64,000 bases of DNA from NCBI GenBank assembly GCA_964187785.1, contig OZ076409.1, positions 9,982,001 through 10,046,000 on the forward strand, read 5' to 3'. The position numbers and the translations under genes are program-made. Position 1 is the first letter of the stretch; every line of letters begins with the position of its first letter. This stretch comes from Amphiscolops sp. MND2022. Lineage: Eukaryota. Positions 24,101 through 37,216 of this stretch are shown in pieces. The notes beneath the pieces are model-generated. The model saw only the letters and a list, made by a program, of their open reading frames with translations. It was not told the origin of the DNA and made no database searches.

Positions 24101-27004
24101 GTAACCTATTTCATGTCCAAGAATTTTAACTTTAAGGATCATGAAAAAGGATTTTTCAGGAGCGAGTTTAAGATGGTTTTTCGTACCAATAATGTGTAAT
24201 TGTTCAATAATTTGAAACATATGTTTCTTTGAGTTTGAGAGAATTAAAATGTCATCTATATGAACAAGAGCAAAACCTTTTTCTATAAGAGTTTTAAAGA
24301 AATTTGACTTTTGAAAGAAATTTGGAAGTCCTTTAAGTCCAAAAAAGCCACGTATAAAAGCAAAGAATTTATCACCAGATGAAAAACTGGATAGATTTAT
24401 GGTTTCGTCGTCTAGAGGAGTATGTGCACAGGCATACATGAGGTTTATTGCACATTTGTAATTTTTGTTTGCGTGTATCACATTGTTCTGTATTGGAGTT
24501 AAGGTGTCGACCATCTAATACACATTTGACAGAATAAATCACTACCTGTCGTTATGTTGCTTCTCGAAAATAATTGAACTAACTTGAGTCGATAACAAAT
24601 ATAACTATCAACATCTTGAGTCAAGTGATTTTATCAACTTTTGACAAACAACAGCAGCCGCCGGCGGAACAACTAAATAAATATCAATGGCTAATTGAGG
24701 CCCACACGTTCAATTTTTGGTTGAGAGCTCTAGTATTGTTATTAAAAAAACATCCCCCCAGCATTTTCAGGCTCGATTTTAACAGAATCGATCGAAAATT
24801 TGAAAATTCCTAAAATTTCTTCTTGTTTACACTAGTTTAATTGAATTTTTAAGACGAAAATTGAAAAAGTTACAGACAGCTGACTGTGTGCAAAATTCGG
24901 ACTTTCGGCCGTTTTTCTATTCTTTCAAAAAATGACTTCAAGTTGACTGATAAATCCGCAAATTTTAGGCAAGTCTTTTTTTCAACTAACTCCCACAAAG
25001 CTATTGAATCTATCGACATACTTTGATTTAGAAATTATCAACTGTTTTCGAAATATCATGCATAGTTGTAACATAAAATTCTCCCGAACAAATCCAATCT
25101 GACAATTTATATTTTCTCGAAAACACTGTAAATTACCTAAACATGAGGTCGTTTCATGAATGGCTTTTAAACATGTAATTAACATTTTCAACAGTTAAAA
25201 ACAGAGTTTTAATTAACACAGTTTTTAACAAGCCAACATCGGCTCGTTTTGAGCTGTTTCGTCGCAGAGCCTTTTAAAAAGCTAGTGGTTTCTAGAAATG
25301 ATTCATCTCTGACATTACACACTCCAGCCTATAATGAAACAGCCTTTAACACTGTTTATCTCCTTAACAAAGAGGCTTTTGCTTTTGTTGTTCAAACGCA
25401 GCTTGTACTGAAAGGGAAAACATACGATGCAAGAGAGCACAAGGGCGAAGTTAATTGGAAACCCTTTTACGATGACTCGATGATTTCCGGCGGACATCAT
25501 TGATTGATTTTGACAGTAGTTGATAATATTTTTGGAAACAACAAGCCGATGTTTCCGACGGTAGATGTTCCTCTTTTTTTTTGGGAACAACTACTCGAAA
25601 TTTCCAACAGTAATTGTCCAAAACACAGTAAGATACAATTCAGAACGTAACAAACTTACAAAAGATCAAGGCTGTACAAATGAACTATAAGTCGATGGTA
25701 AATTGTACACTTTAATTTATCAAACGAATAGTAACCTAAAAATTGAAAAATGGTCAACAAAAAATTTCTTACCGTGAAATTATTAGTTAAAATCAAAATT
25801 TCATGTGCACTAATTGGTAATTGAACTATGTCGTAATGATTTGCTGAATGTTCCAACAACAAATACCAAGTTGTAGACGGCAGGGGTGATAAAAAATATT
25901 TGTAGGTCACGGTAATTGCAATAATATTGTATACAAAAACTGTTTTCAGAACGTTATCAAATACAATATTTTGTTGTGATTTTTTACAATAAGTGTTTTA
26001 CAATAAGAAAAGAATTCGGAGACATGAGTTGGGTACCAACTACTTCCAATCTGGCGGAGAGACTTTTCAGTCAAGTTAAACACTTTGTAAATCAATATCG
26101 AAAAAATGCTGCCCATACATCTCGAAAGCCAAATTTTTCTAATGACAAACGAACAGGTTTGGGATGCTGATTTGATCAACAAATTGATTTGGTTGATCTT
26201 TCAAACAATCTTTTTCATAAACACAAAAATTGCAATTCCTGTTTCAACAAAATTCAGAATAACAATATATTGTTCTTTGTATCCCAATAGTATTGCAATA
26301 CAACAATTACCACCCCTGGTTGACAGTCATTCGAGACTCCAGAGCAGTTTTTCAAACTTCAAGTTGGTGGCACTTTTGGGTAGATTCAGATTTTGTTGAA
26401 GAGTTCAAAAATAGATTCAGATCTTGTTTTTGTCGTATAATGGTTTATGCGTGTTCTGTTTAACGATAACGAAATGCCATTCAATTTTTATATATCGAGC
26501 CGCAGTGTACAATTTACTGAGCACAACAAATAACTCGGACAACAAGAAAGTTCAACATGTTAAGTTAAAAGTAGCACAACTGTATGCAAGACAGGGTGGC
26601 TAATGATTGAAGCAACGTGACGATCAATAGATGGTCTGATTTCTGAAACAAAAACAATGAATTTGATTACCACTCCATTAATTTCATTTTGAAGTCGTTT
26701 TGACGAAAGAAGAAAACAAATGTAAGATGTTCAACCAGGTGACCAGTTTTGAGTTGACTAATATCACTAACATAACCTTTATGTAAATATAAACGAAACA
26801 ACCAGGATATAACTGAAATGGTAGACAAACTTACCACGGACTTGAACGAGGGTTCTTCTTTTCGGCACTTTGTGCAAACCTCTGACAGTTTGTGACGGTT
26901 GCGGGTGAACATAGGTGGTGGCTTTCTCATAGCTGATTAAAACATCACAATTCGGTTCGTCAACATCAGGTCTTCGGCACAAAAAAGAGAGGCGCTCCTC
27001 AGAA
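21196..27004. repeat. Segmental tandem duplication, first copy
   Basis: Near-identical to 27561-33369 at an offset of 6364-6365 bp, e.g. ORFs 21224/27589, 23885/30249, 25249/31614 and 26667/33032. Confidence 0.95.
26010..26190 (+). pseudogene. hAT-family transposase C-terminal (dimerisation) domain fragment
   Basis: Joining two frames at the A-run at 26101 gives PTTSNLAERLFSQVKHFVNQYRK-MLPIHLESQIFLMTNEQVWD, matching the hAT pattern PxTS..xERxFS...R..L.P..LE..xFL..N...W. Confidence 0.6.
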
Positions 27005-27560
27005 ATTGCTTCCTTCGTGAACCTCACGCCATCCTCGTTGATAACCCAGTTACTCCTTCCGAAGCAAGGTTTGGGGCAAAGAAGATATGCTTTTTTCAGG
27101 CCGTCTCCTTGAAAGCGGTGACACAAACATCGTTTACGATGTTTATGCGCTGTAAACGAGTCCTTGCTGAATTCTGGGCAAATCTGAAACAAAAGTCGTG
27201 ATAACACACTATGCTATTTGATCCTCTTCGTTGATTACCAATTTCCTTTTGGTCCCTGTCGTGAGTCACATCGTCATCATGAACATTATGATAACTGCTC
27301 AAACTTTGATTTTTATTCATGTCGTGAGTCAAAACACGGCTTCATTGTACACATACTTTATTCGATCTCTATTTTGATTCAAAACGAACGTGAACTCGGT
27401 CAAAAAACATAACTCACAGCAACGGCTTCACTTTCTTGATAAGGATTCTCAATTACCCTGTGAATTCGAAGGAAGTTCGGAGTTATCATGCAACTCTCTC
27501 TGATGCTTTGAGCATAAAAACAGCTAGCATTTCCAACATGCCCGGTAATTTCTCATTATC

Positions 27561-30500
27561 GGAAGATGTAAGAAGTGGTAATAAAAGGTTACGAAAAATG
27601 AGGGGAAGTAGGATCATTTTGGGATGAGTTTTCGTCGGATAGGAACTCATCAGAATTAAACGGGGAAGAGTCACTATTTGCATACTTGATAGGTTTTGGA
27701 ATGTCATGATGGGTTGAGTCTGAAAAACGCATGAAATTGAGAATATGAGGGTACAAAAGTGGTTCCTTTGGATAACAAGGGATTAAGTGGTTTCTTTGAA
27801 CGTGAAGTATGGAACCATCTTGTGAAAGGAGTTCATATGTAACATCGGACAATCTGTCGAGTGTTTTGTATAGGACAATCCGAAGGGGTTTAATTTGTCA
27901 GAAAAACGAAAGTGAGAAAAATTACGTTTGAGAACAAAGGTGCCAAGAGGAAGTGGTTCACCTTCATGTTAGGTGTTTGTGATATATGCGTGAGAACTTA
28001 GTTTCCAAGTGTATTTTCGTGTACTGTAGAGTAAATTTGTAACAATGCAGTTTCCACTGCAATGAACTATTGGATAATAGGTTTTGAAAGAGTTTTGTAA
28101 AAGAAGGGATTTAAGTCCATTTTATCATAATGTGAGTTTTCAGGCAGTTGGGAGCGATAATGTGAAATTATTGTTTTGGATGTGTTTTGATTGAGGTTTA
28201 AAGCAAAGGTTCGGGGAATTCGTGGTCGTGTGTGGAAAACAGTTTTATTAGAGGAAACAGTGAGTTCTGAAAGAGGTTGTGAATTGTGTGCGTCTTTATG
28301 AGAAATGCCCAGTCTTTAGAAGTAACGTGGAGGAACATACAGAGATGAGTGCCATGATTTCTGTTTTGTACTTCGACAAGACCATTTGTCCAAGGAGAAT
28401 AAGCTGTTTGAGATATTTTCTGATTCCCATGAGTGTACAAAGTTGTGTCATATCGGTATTTATTTATTCTGATCCGCGATCAGTAACAAGGTAATTTGGT
28501 TGACCAGTATTTGTATAACAAAGATGTGAAAATGTTTTTACATCGGTTTAAGCATTATTTGATTTGATGGGGACTGTTACAACAAAATGAGTGAAAGCGT
28601 CTATTTTTACGTGAATATAAAGTTTGTGTCGTGAAGGAGGATTAATAGGTTCTTTTGTATCCATAGAGATTCTATAATTAAAGGAAGGAGCATGTTCAGA
28701 AAAAGATTGTGTAGGAGCAGTCCGTATTTCCATATTGAAATGTTTATTGCGTTGATATTCAGAACAATCGTGTACAAAAATTGATAATCATTTTTCAAGA
28801 TAAGGTATAAAATTCCATTGAAAGAAAGTATCATGGGTGATTTTAATACCAGCGTGGCGTGGGAGTGTTCACGTAATTTGTTAAAGACAGTTTTGAATAG
28901 TCTAATAGGAAGGCAGATTCTAATAGTACTTTGCATTGTATTTGGAAGTGGATTGGGATGTATTGCAGAAGACCAGGTAAATTTTTGTGTATAAACTAAT
29001 GAGGATTGTGGTATCATCAATAAAAAGTTGTGAGAATCGTTTAAAATAGGCTTGGAGAAAAAGAGTGCCAATTATCAAGAGTTTAAATTTTTCAGGCTTG
29101 TCATTATGAGGTAACCAAGAGTAGACTGATCTGAGATCAGGATCTTGAGATTGTTGTTGTTGAAGGGTTTTAAGGTCCAAGGAACAGTCATCAGGAAGAA
29201 AGAACCTTGAAAATATATTAATTTTTTTAAAAAAAGGATGTAACATAAAAGGGTATGATTTGTGAACAGTGTGTAGAAGGTTGAGAGTGTGTTTTTACAT
29301 CCATTGCAGAATTAGATTCTGGTTTTGTAATGGGTTTTGGTTTGGTTATGGTGGAGAAATTTTCTTCATGTAGAGTTTTGGCATTTAAAAAAGTTGAATC
29401 GGGTTTGGGAAATCTAGAATATATATGTTCTTCATCATCGCTTGTAATATCAGTATCATTGAGTGAAAGAGATTGTTGATGAAGAGTTTTGTTGTGTTTT
29501 TTTTGGGTGTTTTGAAATTGGATTGGAAAGGAGTAACAGATTTAAAAGTAAAAGGAGGTTGGAGGTTTAACAACAAAATATTCGCCTTTGTCAATTATGC
29601 GTATCGAAAATTGAGCTAAATACCAAAATCGGCAAGAACTGGATGGGAATCATGTTTTTGATGTGGTATTATTTTTTCATGTTTAATCAAGTAATGTACG
29701 GGTTTCATTGTGTTGTTTTGTAGTATTGCAAAGTCAATTTGAGGTGGAAGTTAATTGTGTTTCAATTGGTTTAGTTGTAATTCGTCTCTTGTGTAGGAAG
29801 AACGACTTAACATATCGGCAACAGAATGATTTTTGCCAGGCGTGTGAAATATTTTAAATTTAGAGAATTTTATTATTTGATTTGAGCTCTATAAAATCGT
29901 GGACTGAGATTTCCTTTATTGTAAAACAATGTAAAAGAGGTTGTGATCAGTGATGATATGAATCGGTTGTGGAGATCCAATAATGATAAATTCAATAATT
30001 TGAAGGGCATGTACTTTACCAAGAAGTTTACAGTCCAGTGTGGAAATGTGTGTTGTTGTGGATTCGATATGCGAGAATTGTGACTTTCATTTTGTTTTCT
30101 TCGTTGAGTTGGAAGGTAACAGCGCCTAATTCATTAAGCGAAGCGTCTACTGTAATAAAAATGGATGTTTTGTATTAGGAATGGTGAGTTCTGTGTTCGA
30201 AGTAAGAGAGGATTTCATGTATTCAAGAAGGATTTCATGTTTTTCATTTCAAGAAATAAAAAGACGTTCATGTTCTTCGGTCCAATTCCTTGGAAGGTTT
30301 TCATGTAAAAGATCACAGAATGGCTTGAGATTTATGTGAAGTTTTTCTATAATTTTGGTGTAGAAACTGAGTGCGCCAATGAAATATATTAAACTGACTC
30401 TTACAGTGGGGGCAGGAACTTTGTGAACAGCTGCAACTTTGGAATGTTTGGGTTTAATTGTATTGTAACCTATTTCATGTCCAAGAATTTTAACTTTAAG

Positions 30501-33369
30501 GATCATGAAAAAGGATTTTTCAGGAGCGAGTTTAAGATGGTTTTTCGTACCAATAATGTGTAATTGTTCAATAATTTGAAACATATGTTTCTTTGAGTTT
30601 GAGAGAATTAAAATGTCATCTATATGAACAAGAGCAAAACCTTTTTCTATAAGAGTTTTAAAGAAATTTGACTTTTGAAAGAAATTTGGAAGTCCTTTAA
30701 GTCCAAAAAAGGCACGTATAAAAGCAAAGAATTTATCACCAGATGAAAAACTGGATAGGTTTATGGTTTCGTCGTCTAGAGGAGTATGTGCACAGGCATA
30801 CATGAGGTTTATTGCACATTTGTAATTTTTGTTTGCGTGTATCACATTGTTCTGTATTGGAGTTAAGGTGTCGACCATCTAATACACATTTGACAGAATA
30901 AATCACTACCTGTCGTTATGTTGCTTTTCGAAAATAATTGAACTAACTTGAGTCGATAACAAATATAACGATCAACAACTTGAGTCAAGTGATTTTATCA
31001 ACTTTTGACAAACAACAGCAGCCGCCGGCGGAACAACTAAATAAATATCAATGGCTGATTGAGGCCCACACGTTCAATTTTTGGTTGAGAGCTCTAGTAT
31101 TGTTATTAAAAATCATCCCCGAGCATTTTCAGGCTCGATTTTAACAGAATCGATCGAGAATTTGAAAATTCTTAAAATTTCTTCTTGTTTACATTAGTTT
31201 AACTTTGAATTTTTTAAGACGAAAGTTGAAAAAGTTACAGACAGCTGACTGTGTGCAAAAATCGGACTTTCGGCCGTTTTTCTATTCTTTCAAAAAATGA
31301 CTTCAAGTTGACTGATAAATCCACAAATTTTAGGCAAGTCTTTTTTTCAACTAACTCCCACAAAGCTATTGAATCTATCGACATACTTTGATTTAGAAAT
31401 TATCAACTGTTTTCGAAATATCATGCATAGTTGTAACATAAAATTCTCCCGAACAAATCCAATCTGACAATTTATATTTTCTCGAAAACACTGTAAATTA
31501 CCTAAACATGAGGTCCTTTCATGAATGGTTTTTAAACATGTAATTAACATTTTCAACAGTTAAAAACAGAGTTTTAATTAACACAATTTTTAACAAGCCA
31601 ACATCGGCTCGTTTTGAGCTGTTTCGTCGCAGAGCCTTTTAAAAAGCTAGTGGTTTCTAGAAATGATTCATCTCTGACATTACACACTCCAGCCTATAAT
31701 GAAACAGCCTTTAACACTGTTTATCTCCTTAACAAAGAGGCTTTTGCTTTTGTTGTTCAAACGCAGCTTGTACTGAAAGGGAAAACATACGATGCAAGAG
31801 AGCACAAGGGCGAAGTTAATTGGAAACCCTTTTACGATGACTCGATGATTTCCGGCGGACATCATTGATTGATTTTGACAGTAGTTGATAATATTTTTGG
31901 AAACAACAAGCCGATGTTTCCGACGGTAGATGTTCCTCTTTTTTTTTGGGAACAACTACTCGAAATTTCCAACAGTAATTGTCCAAAACACAGTAAGATA
32001 CAATTCAGAACGTAACAAACTTACAAAAGATCAAGGCTGTACAAATGAACTATAAGTCGATGGTAAATTGTACACTTTAACTTATAAAACGAAAAGTAAC
32101 CTAAAAATTGAAAAATTGTCAACAAAAAATTTCTTACCGTGAAATTATTAGTTACAATCAAAATTTCATGTGCACTAATAGGTAATTGAACTATGTCGTA
32201 ATGATTTGCTGAATGTTCCAACAACAAATACCAAGTTGTAGACGGCAGGGGTGATAAAAAATATTTGTAGGTCACAGAAATGGCAATAATATTGTATACA
32301 AAAACTGTTTTCAGAACGTTATCAAATACAATATTTTGTTGTGATTTTTTACAATAAGTGTTTTACCATAAGAAAAGAATTCGGAGACATGAGTTGGGTA
32401 CCAACTACTTCCAATCTGGCGGAGAGACTTTTCAGTCAAGCTAAACACTTTGTAAATCAATATCGAAAAAATGCTGCCCATACATCTCGAAAGCCAAATT
32501 TTTCTAATGACAAACGAACAGGTTTGGGATGCTGATTTGATCAACAAATTGATTTGGTTGATCTTTCAAACAATCTTTTTCATAAACACAAAAATTGCAA
32601 TTCCTGTTTCAACAAAATTCAGAATAACAATATATTGTTCTTTGTATCCCAATAGTATTGCAATACAACAATTAACACCCCTGGTTGACGGTCATTCGAG
32701 ACTCCAGGGCAGTTTTTCAAACTTCAAGTTGGTGGCACTTTTGGGTAGACTCAGATTTCGTTGAAAAGTTCAAAAATAGATTCAGATCTTGTTTTTGTCG
32801 TATAATGGTTTATGCGTGTTCTGTTTAACGATAACGAAATGCCATTCAATTTTTATATATCGAGCCACACTGTACAATTTACTGAGCACAAAAAATAACT
32901 CGGACAACAAGAAAGTTCAACATGTTAAGTTAAAAGTAGCACAACTGTATGCAAGACAGGGTGGCTAATGATTGAAGCAACGTGACGATCAATAGATGGT
33001 CTGATTTCTGAAACAAAAACAATGAATTTAATTACCACTCCATTAATTTCAATTTGAAGTCGTTTTGACGAAAGAAGAAAACAAATGTAAGATGTTCAAC
33101 CAGGTGACCAGTTTTGAGTTGACTAATATCACTAACATAACCTTTATGTAAATATAAACGAAACAACCAGGATATAACTGAAATGGTAGACAAACTTACC
33201 ACGGTCTTGAACGAGGGTTCTTCTTTTCGGCACTTTGTGCAAACCTCTGACAGTTTGTGACGGTTGCGGGTGAACATAGGTGGTGGCTTTCTCATAGCTG
33301 ATTAAAACATCACAATTCGGTTCGTCAACATCAGGTCTTCGGCACAAAGAAGAGAGGCGCTCCTCAGAA
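27561..33369. repeat. Segmental tandem duplication, second copy (includes copy B' at 27561-30891)
   Basis: Homology starts at GGAAGATGTAAG (21196/27561) and ends at CTCCTCAGAA (27004/33369). Scattered substitutions separate the copies. Confidence 0.95.
32375..32555 (+). pseudogene. hAT transposase C-terminal fragment, duplicated copy
   Basis: Same sequence as 26010-26190 within the duplication (PTTSNLAERLFSQAKHF...). Confidence 0.6.
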
Positions 33370-33642
33370 TACACGGGACAACATTTCCGTACGTGTTTTC
33401 ATTGTAAATGCAAAATTTTCAACTTTCAATGCACTATATTTTGTTTTTGCATCGCCGAAAGTTTTGATAATACTCACTGAGTTCCAAGAGTTTTCTTTTT
33501 AAGCCAACATTTTTCCTAATATCAGCAGAACATAATTTAAACTAGAAGTTGAAAGTAGTATTTAATCTACAGAAGGTGCAAAACAATACAGAAGTAGATG
33601 GACACATAAGCTTAAACTCGTTGATGAATCAATACAACTTAC

Positions 33643-35058
33643 ATGTCCCCACGTTCATGTTTGGACCAGGCCTTGAACAACTCTATGTTGTTTTCAGTTG
33701 GTGCAATCAGAAAGAAGGTCTTGGACCCAGCCAAGACTGTATAAAAGATATGTTGAACTGAAGTCCGTGTGCCAAGTTGTTTGACAACCATCGTAGGAGA
33801 TCAGCAAGTAGTATGAAGTCGCTACTGAGTACGGTTCTTCTGACTTACTGACCAGCTCATTCACAGGGTGGTTCACTGACAACTTTTTTGATCATCGTTG
33901 GCACGTTGTAGATGGACTGAAAAGACAAAAAATCAATATAAGTTGAAGAAGTTGTTTCAAAACAATGTGCATTATGTTAAGTAAAAACCTCAAACTCCAA
34001 TTTTTAGGCAACTACTAGTAAACAGGGGTTTGGGGAAAAACATAAAAGAAGTTTTCCAGTTGATTCGCGTTTTCCATCAAAGGTGCCCATTATTTACCTT
34101 TGGCTGCATGGCGATGCCTATAGCGTTTAAAGGATAGTAAATCTTTAACGCTGCCTCTGTCGGCGTTGATGAGCTCCTGCTTGTACTCATCCAGACTGAG
34201 GTGGCGACTATGAAATGAAATGCTCAAACGTGACTGAGACGGGAATAGGACGGGCAACTTTCTCCTCGTTAGAATAGTTCAAATGCAGTTGTTCGACGAG
34301 GTGGAAAATGAGCTCACGACAGGGATCAAATTGCAGTTGTTCCAAGTATTTTACGAAGTATACAAGCTTCAAATTGAAAGTAATTCTACCAAAGACTTAC
34401 TTCTCCAATATTTGCCGACTTGACATTGATGGTTGCTGCACTTGATTGTAGCTTGTGGGGAACTAGAAGCTCTTTGACGACTTCAGTGAAGGCGAGTTCT
34501 TCCACTTGAGGCAGCTTCAAACCATGGCAACGGTTGACGCCTCCACGCCACAAAAGAGGCACACTGTGTCTCATCAGGGAATTGAATTTGACATGGTCGT
34601 CAACGTTGCCTCCCATTGAGCTACAGGAAACTCGTAGTAGAGGGGCACTTCCATCGCGAACTGGAACAATCCATTAGATCCAAACACATCAGGAGGAATA
34701 TGGTTGAAATCTTCTGGCCTGAATCGCTCCTCAGTGTTACTAGAGGAATCTGAGCCCAAGTGTACTGCAGCCTAAGCAGTTGTCAGTGTTAGCAAAACTA
34801 TTCATATTCCAATAAAATGAATTTCAGTCACTTTTTCACCATGTAAAACACGGCGTTTCGAGAATCAAATGGTCAATCAAATCTTTCAACATATGTGATT
34901 AAAGAGATAAAAATTAGGACAGGCACTCACATTCGCTCCTTCCAGGCATTGAGGACTCTTCAAAAGGTGTACGCGCAAGTTATAAGGGTAAACATCTGAT
35001 TTGACCCAACATCTGCCGTAGCATAAGTTAAGCTTCTGCTTCAAGCCTTTTGCAGCTG
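33643..35058 (-). pseudogene. Spliced JmjC-domain gene (KDM2/KDM7/PHF8-like histone demethylase), frameshifted and 3' incomplete
   Basis: Exon 33643-33916 has AG/GT ends and encodes YYLLISYDGCQTTWHTDFSST[fs]IFYTVLAGSKTFFLIAPTENNIELFKAW, which parallels the KDM7 motif [36 protein letters not shown].LF. Upstream pieces HSVPLL..GLKLP and LVYFVKYL also fit. Further GT-AG-bounded exon at 34931-35058. Confidence 0.7.
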
Positions 35059-35993
35059 CTGTAACATAGAAGTTACATGAATAAAAACACATGTTTTGTT
35101 CGAAACCGCGACTATCTTTTCAAAATCATTGAGTTTCTCTTATCGTTTTGGGCATGACACACTGATCTTTTCAAAAAGTTACAAGTCGATCAATTTTTGA
35201 CATACCTTGTAATGACTAACCGTACTGGTACATTCGGGTGAGCAGGCCTCCTGCTTTCCGCTTTTGCTGCTCCTTACAATACTTTGACTTGTAGTGCTTC
35301 TTCAGCAGTTTTTGGCGCAATTGATAAGGCCGCAGAGCTGACACGTTCTCTCCATGAGCTTGAACTGCTCTCGTGGCATTCGGGGACAGACTTTGCGGTG
35401 GCATAGGATGTTGGACAGCTTGTCCACAACGTCACAAGTGCCTAAAAAGAACTCCATATGTCAGTTTAAGTTTTTCCGTGAAAGAAATCAGCAAGCTTGA
35501 TTACGTTTTACCACGTAACAACTTGATCACAAAAATTATTGTTTATCGAACCTTGGCCGCACTGGACCTTCTCTGGTGTCTTTCGATGAGACGTGGATGG
35601 TGTAGTCGGCAGTGTTGCCATTTGATCTCTACTGAAAAATTCCAGGAAGTCACTCTTGAGTTATAAACCATTCATTATTGTATGAAATTAACTATAAAAT
35701 GATTGTCAAATATATACATTCAACAACTCACAACAAGTCACACTATTCCAGGAAGTCACACTTCCTCATAGATCATTCCTGCGACAACTGTCATAAAACA
35801 TTCAATAGTAAATAAGGTAACAGAGGGAAAGTCAACTCGATGCAGTCAAAAATTGCGCTAACGACGGGGATCAAAATTTCGACTGATGGAATTCTCAGAG
35901 AAAACGTCACGGCGAAAAGATATTACATGGAAGTATAAGTTGAACAGCGATTATTTGGATTATTCTATTGTCCTTTATCTACCATAAGTTTAA

Positions 35994-36202
35994 AATCTGC
36001 ACTGAAATGATAATGAAGCGGTCAAAGACATCTTGTCTGATAAAATAAGTTAGTTTTGGATATGCACTGAAATGATAATGAAGCGGTCAAAGGGACCTTG
36101 TCTGATCATAAGTAAGTTTCAGATATGGACTGAAACGATAATGAAGCGGTCAAAGGGACCATGTCTGATAAAATAAGTAAGTTTTAGATCTGCACTGAAA
36201 TG
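35994..36202. repeat. Tandem repeat of ~64 bp, three copies plus a partial copy
   Basis: GCACTGAAATGATAATGAAGCGGTCAAAG recurs at 35999, 36064, 36127 and (partial) 36192. Confidence 0.85.
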
Positions 36203-36916
36203 AGTCGGTATTGAACGTTGTCTGTTTTCCTCTTCAAGGCGGCCTTTTTTAGTGTATTCTTGTATTTCCGCATTGCAGTGTGGTAATTTAATGAACCATG
36301 TCGTTGGGGGGTTGAATGACGTTGTAATTGTGGGGCCATTGACATGTACTTCATCTTTTTGAATTTGGCTCTCGCAGACTCATCTACTTCGAAAACATAC
36401 CCTTTGGGATCAATCAAGTCCGACCCTGTTTACCACATCGTTTGGAGCAAGCCTGAGACTTTGGTAAGTCTTCCATTATGTGGGATAGGAATTCCTTTTT
36501 CTCCTTTTACTCTTTTTGTTTCGTTTTGGTTGTTTTGCTTTTGTTTCTTTGTGAAAGAGTGATAGTTTACGCGTGTATTGTTTCGTGTGTTTGTGTTCGT
36601 AGGCTCTCATCTATGACGCAATGTATCCGCGCGTTCTTGGCTATGTGTTTTCTTTAGTTGGACGCTTCAAACAATACAGTGTGGAGTTCAAGGAGCAGGG
36701 CGATGCGGTTTATTGCTATGTGCGGACGTGGCATGAGTTGCGACTGAAGCGAGTGTGTGTTCTTGTGGAGGACCTTCATGCCCCACTGCCTCGTGCTGAG
36801 CTGCCATGCTTGTGTCGGTGATCGCCAATAGTGTGGGTGATTTGAAATTCCCTGTGGCGGTTGTCGGTGGCACTTCGTCATTGATTAACTGTTTGAATGC
36901 TGTTTAAGACGATGGG

Positions 36917-37216
36917 ATGTCATTTGTGCCCTACCCACTCTTTTCACCTGTTGCTTTGATGAAGTGTATTCAACAGGTTCACCAGGACATCTTCGGTATG
37001 ATTGACATTGTGACAGTGGTTGAATATCTGATGTCACGTTTGGGTACTGCTCTCCACGAAGAATGGCTTGATCGTCATGTTGTTATCCGCCGCTCTGTCC
37101 GCGCGGGACATGTGCCCTTTGAAAATTTACTTGCTATGGTTGACGATCTCGTGTCTATGTGGCAGCCCATTCAGCATTTTGTTCGTTATACCGGTCCGAC
37201 ACATATCAAGGAGTAG
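36917..37216 (+). CDS. Antisense ORF of unknown function in the 3' region of copy C
   Basis: ATG-initiated 99-aa protein-like ORF on the strand opposite to pol. No recognised domain. Confidence 0.3.
   Translation: MSFVPYPLFSPVALMKCIQQVHQDIFGMIDIVTVVEYLMSRLGTALHEEWLDRHVVIRRSVRAGHVPFENLLAMVDDLVSMWQPIQHFVRYTGPTHIKE

Larger units (their letters stand above)
19490..24527 (-). mobile_element. Ty3/gypsy copy B (family 1), degenerate: RT to env N-terminus
   Basis: RT 23885-24514 (LVHIDDILIL), RNase H remnants, integrase 20905-22400 (ISMDTKEP, SPWTNGLVEVQN), ORF-X 20414-20860 and env start 19490-19661. Both ends abut unrelated sequence. Confidence 0.9.

Noticed and set aside
36184-36417. Merlin/IS1595-like transposase motif (VFEVDES...KMKY)
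   Set aside because: Only a seven-residue resemblance, with a stop just upstream and no further DDE motifs or TIRs.
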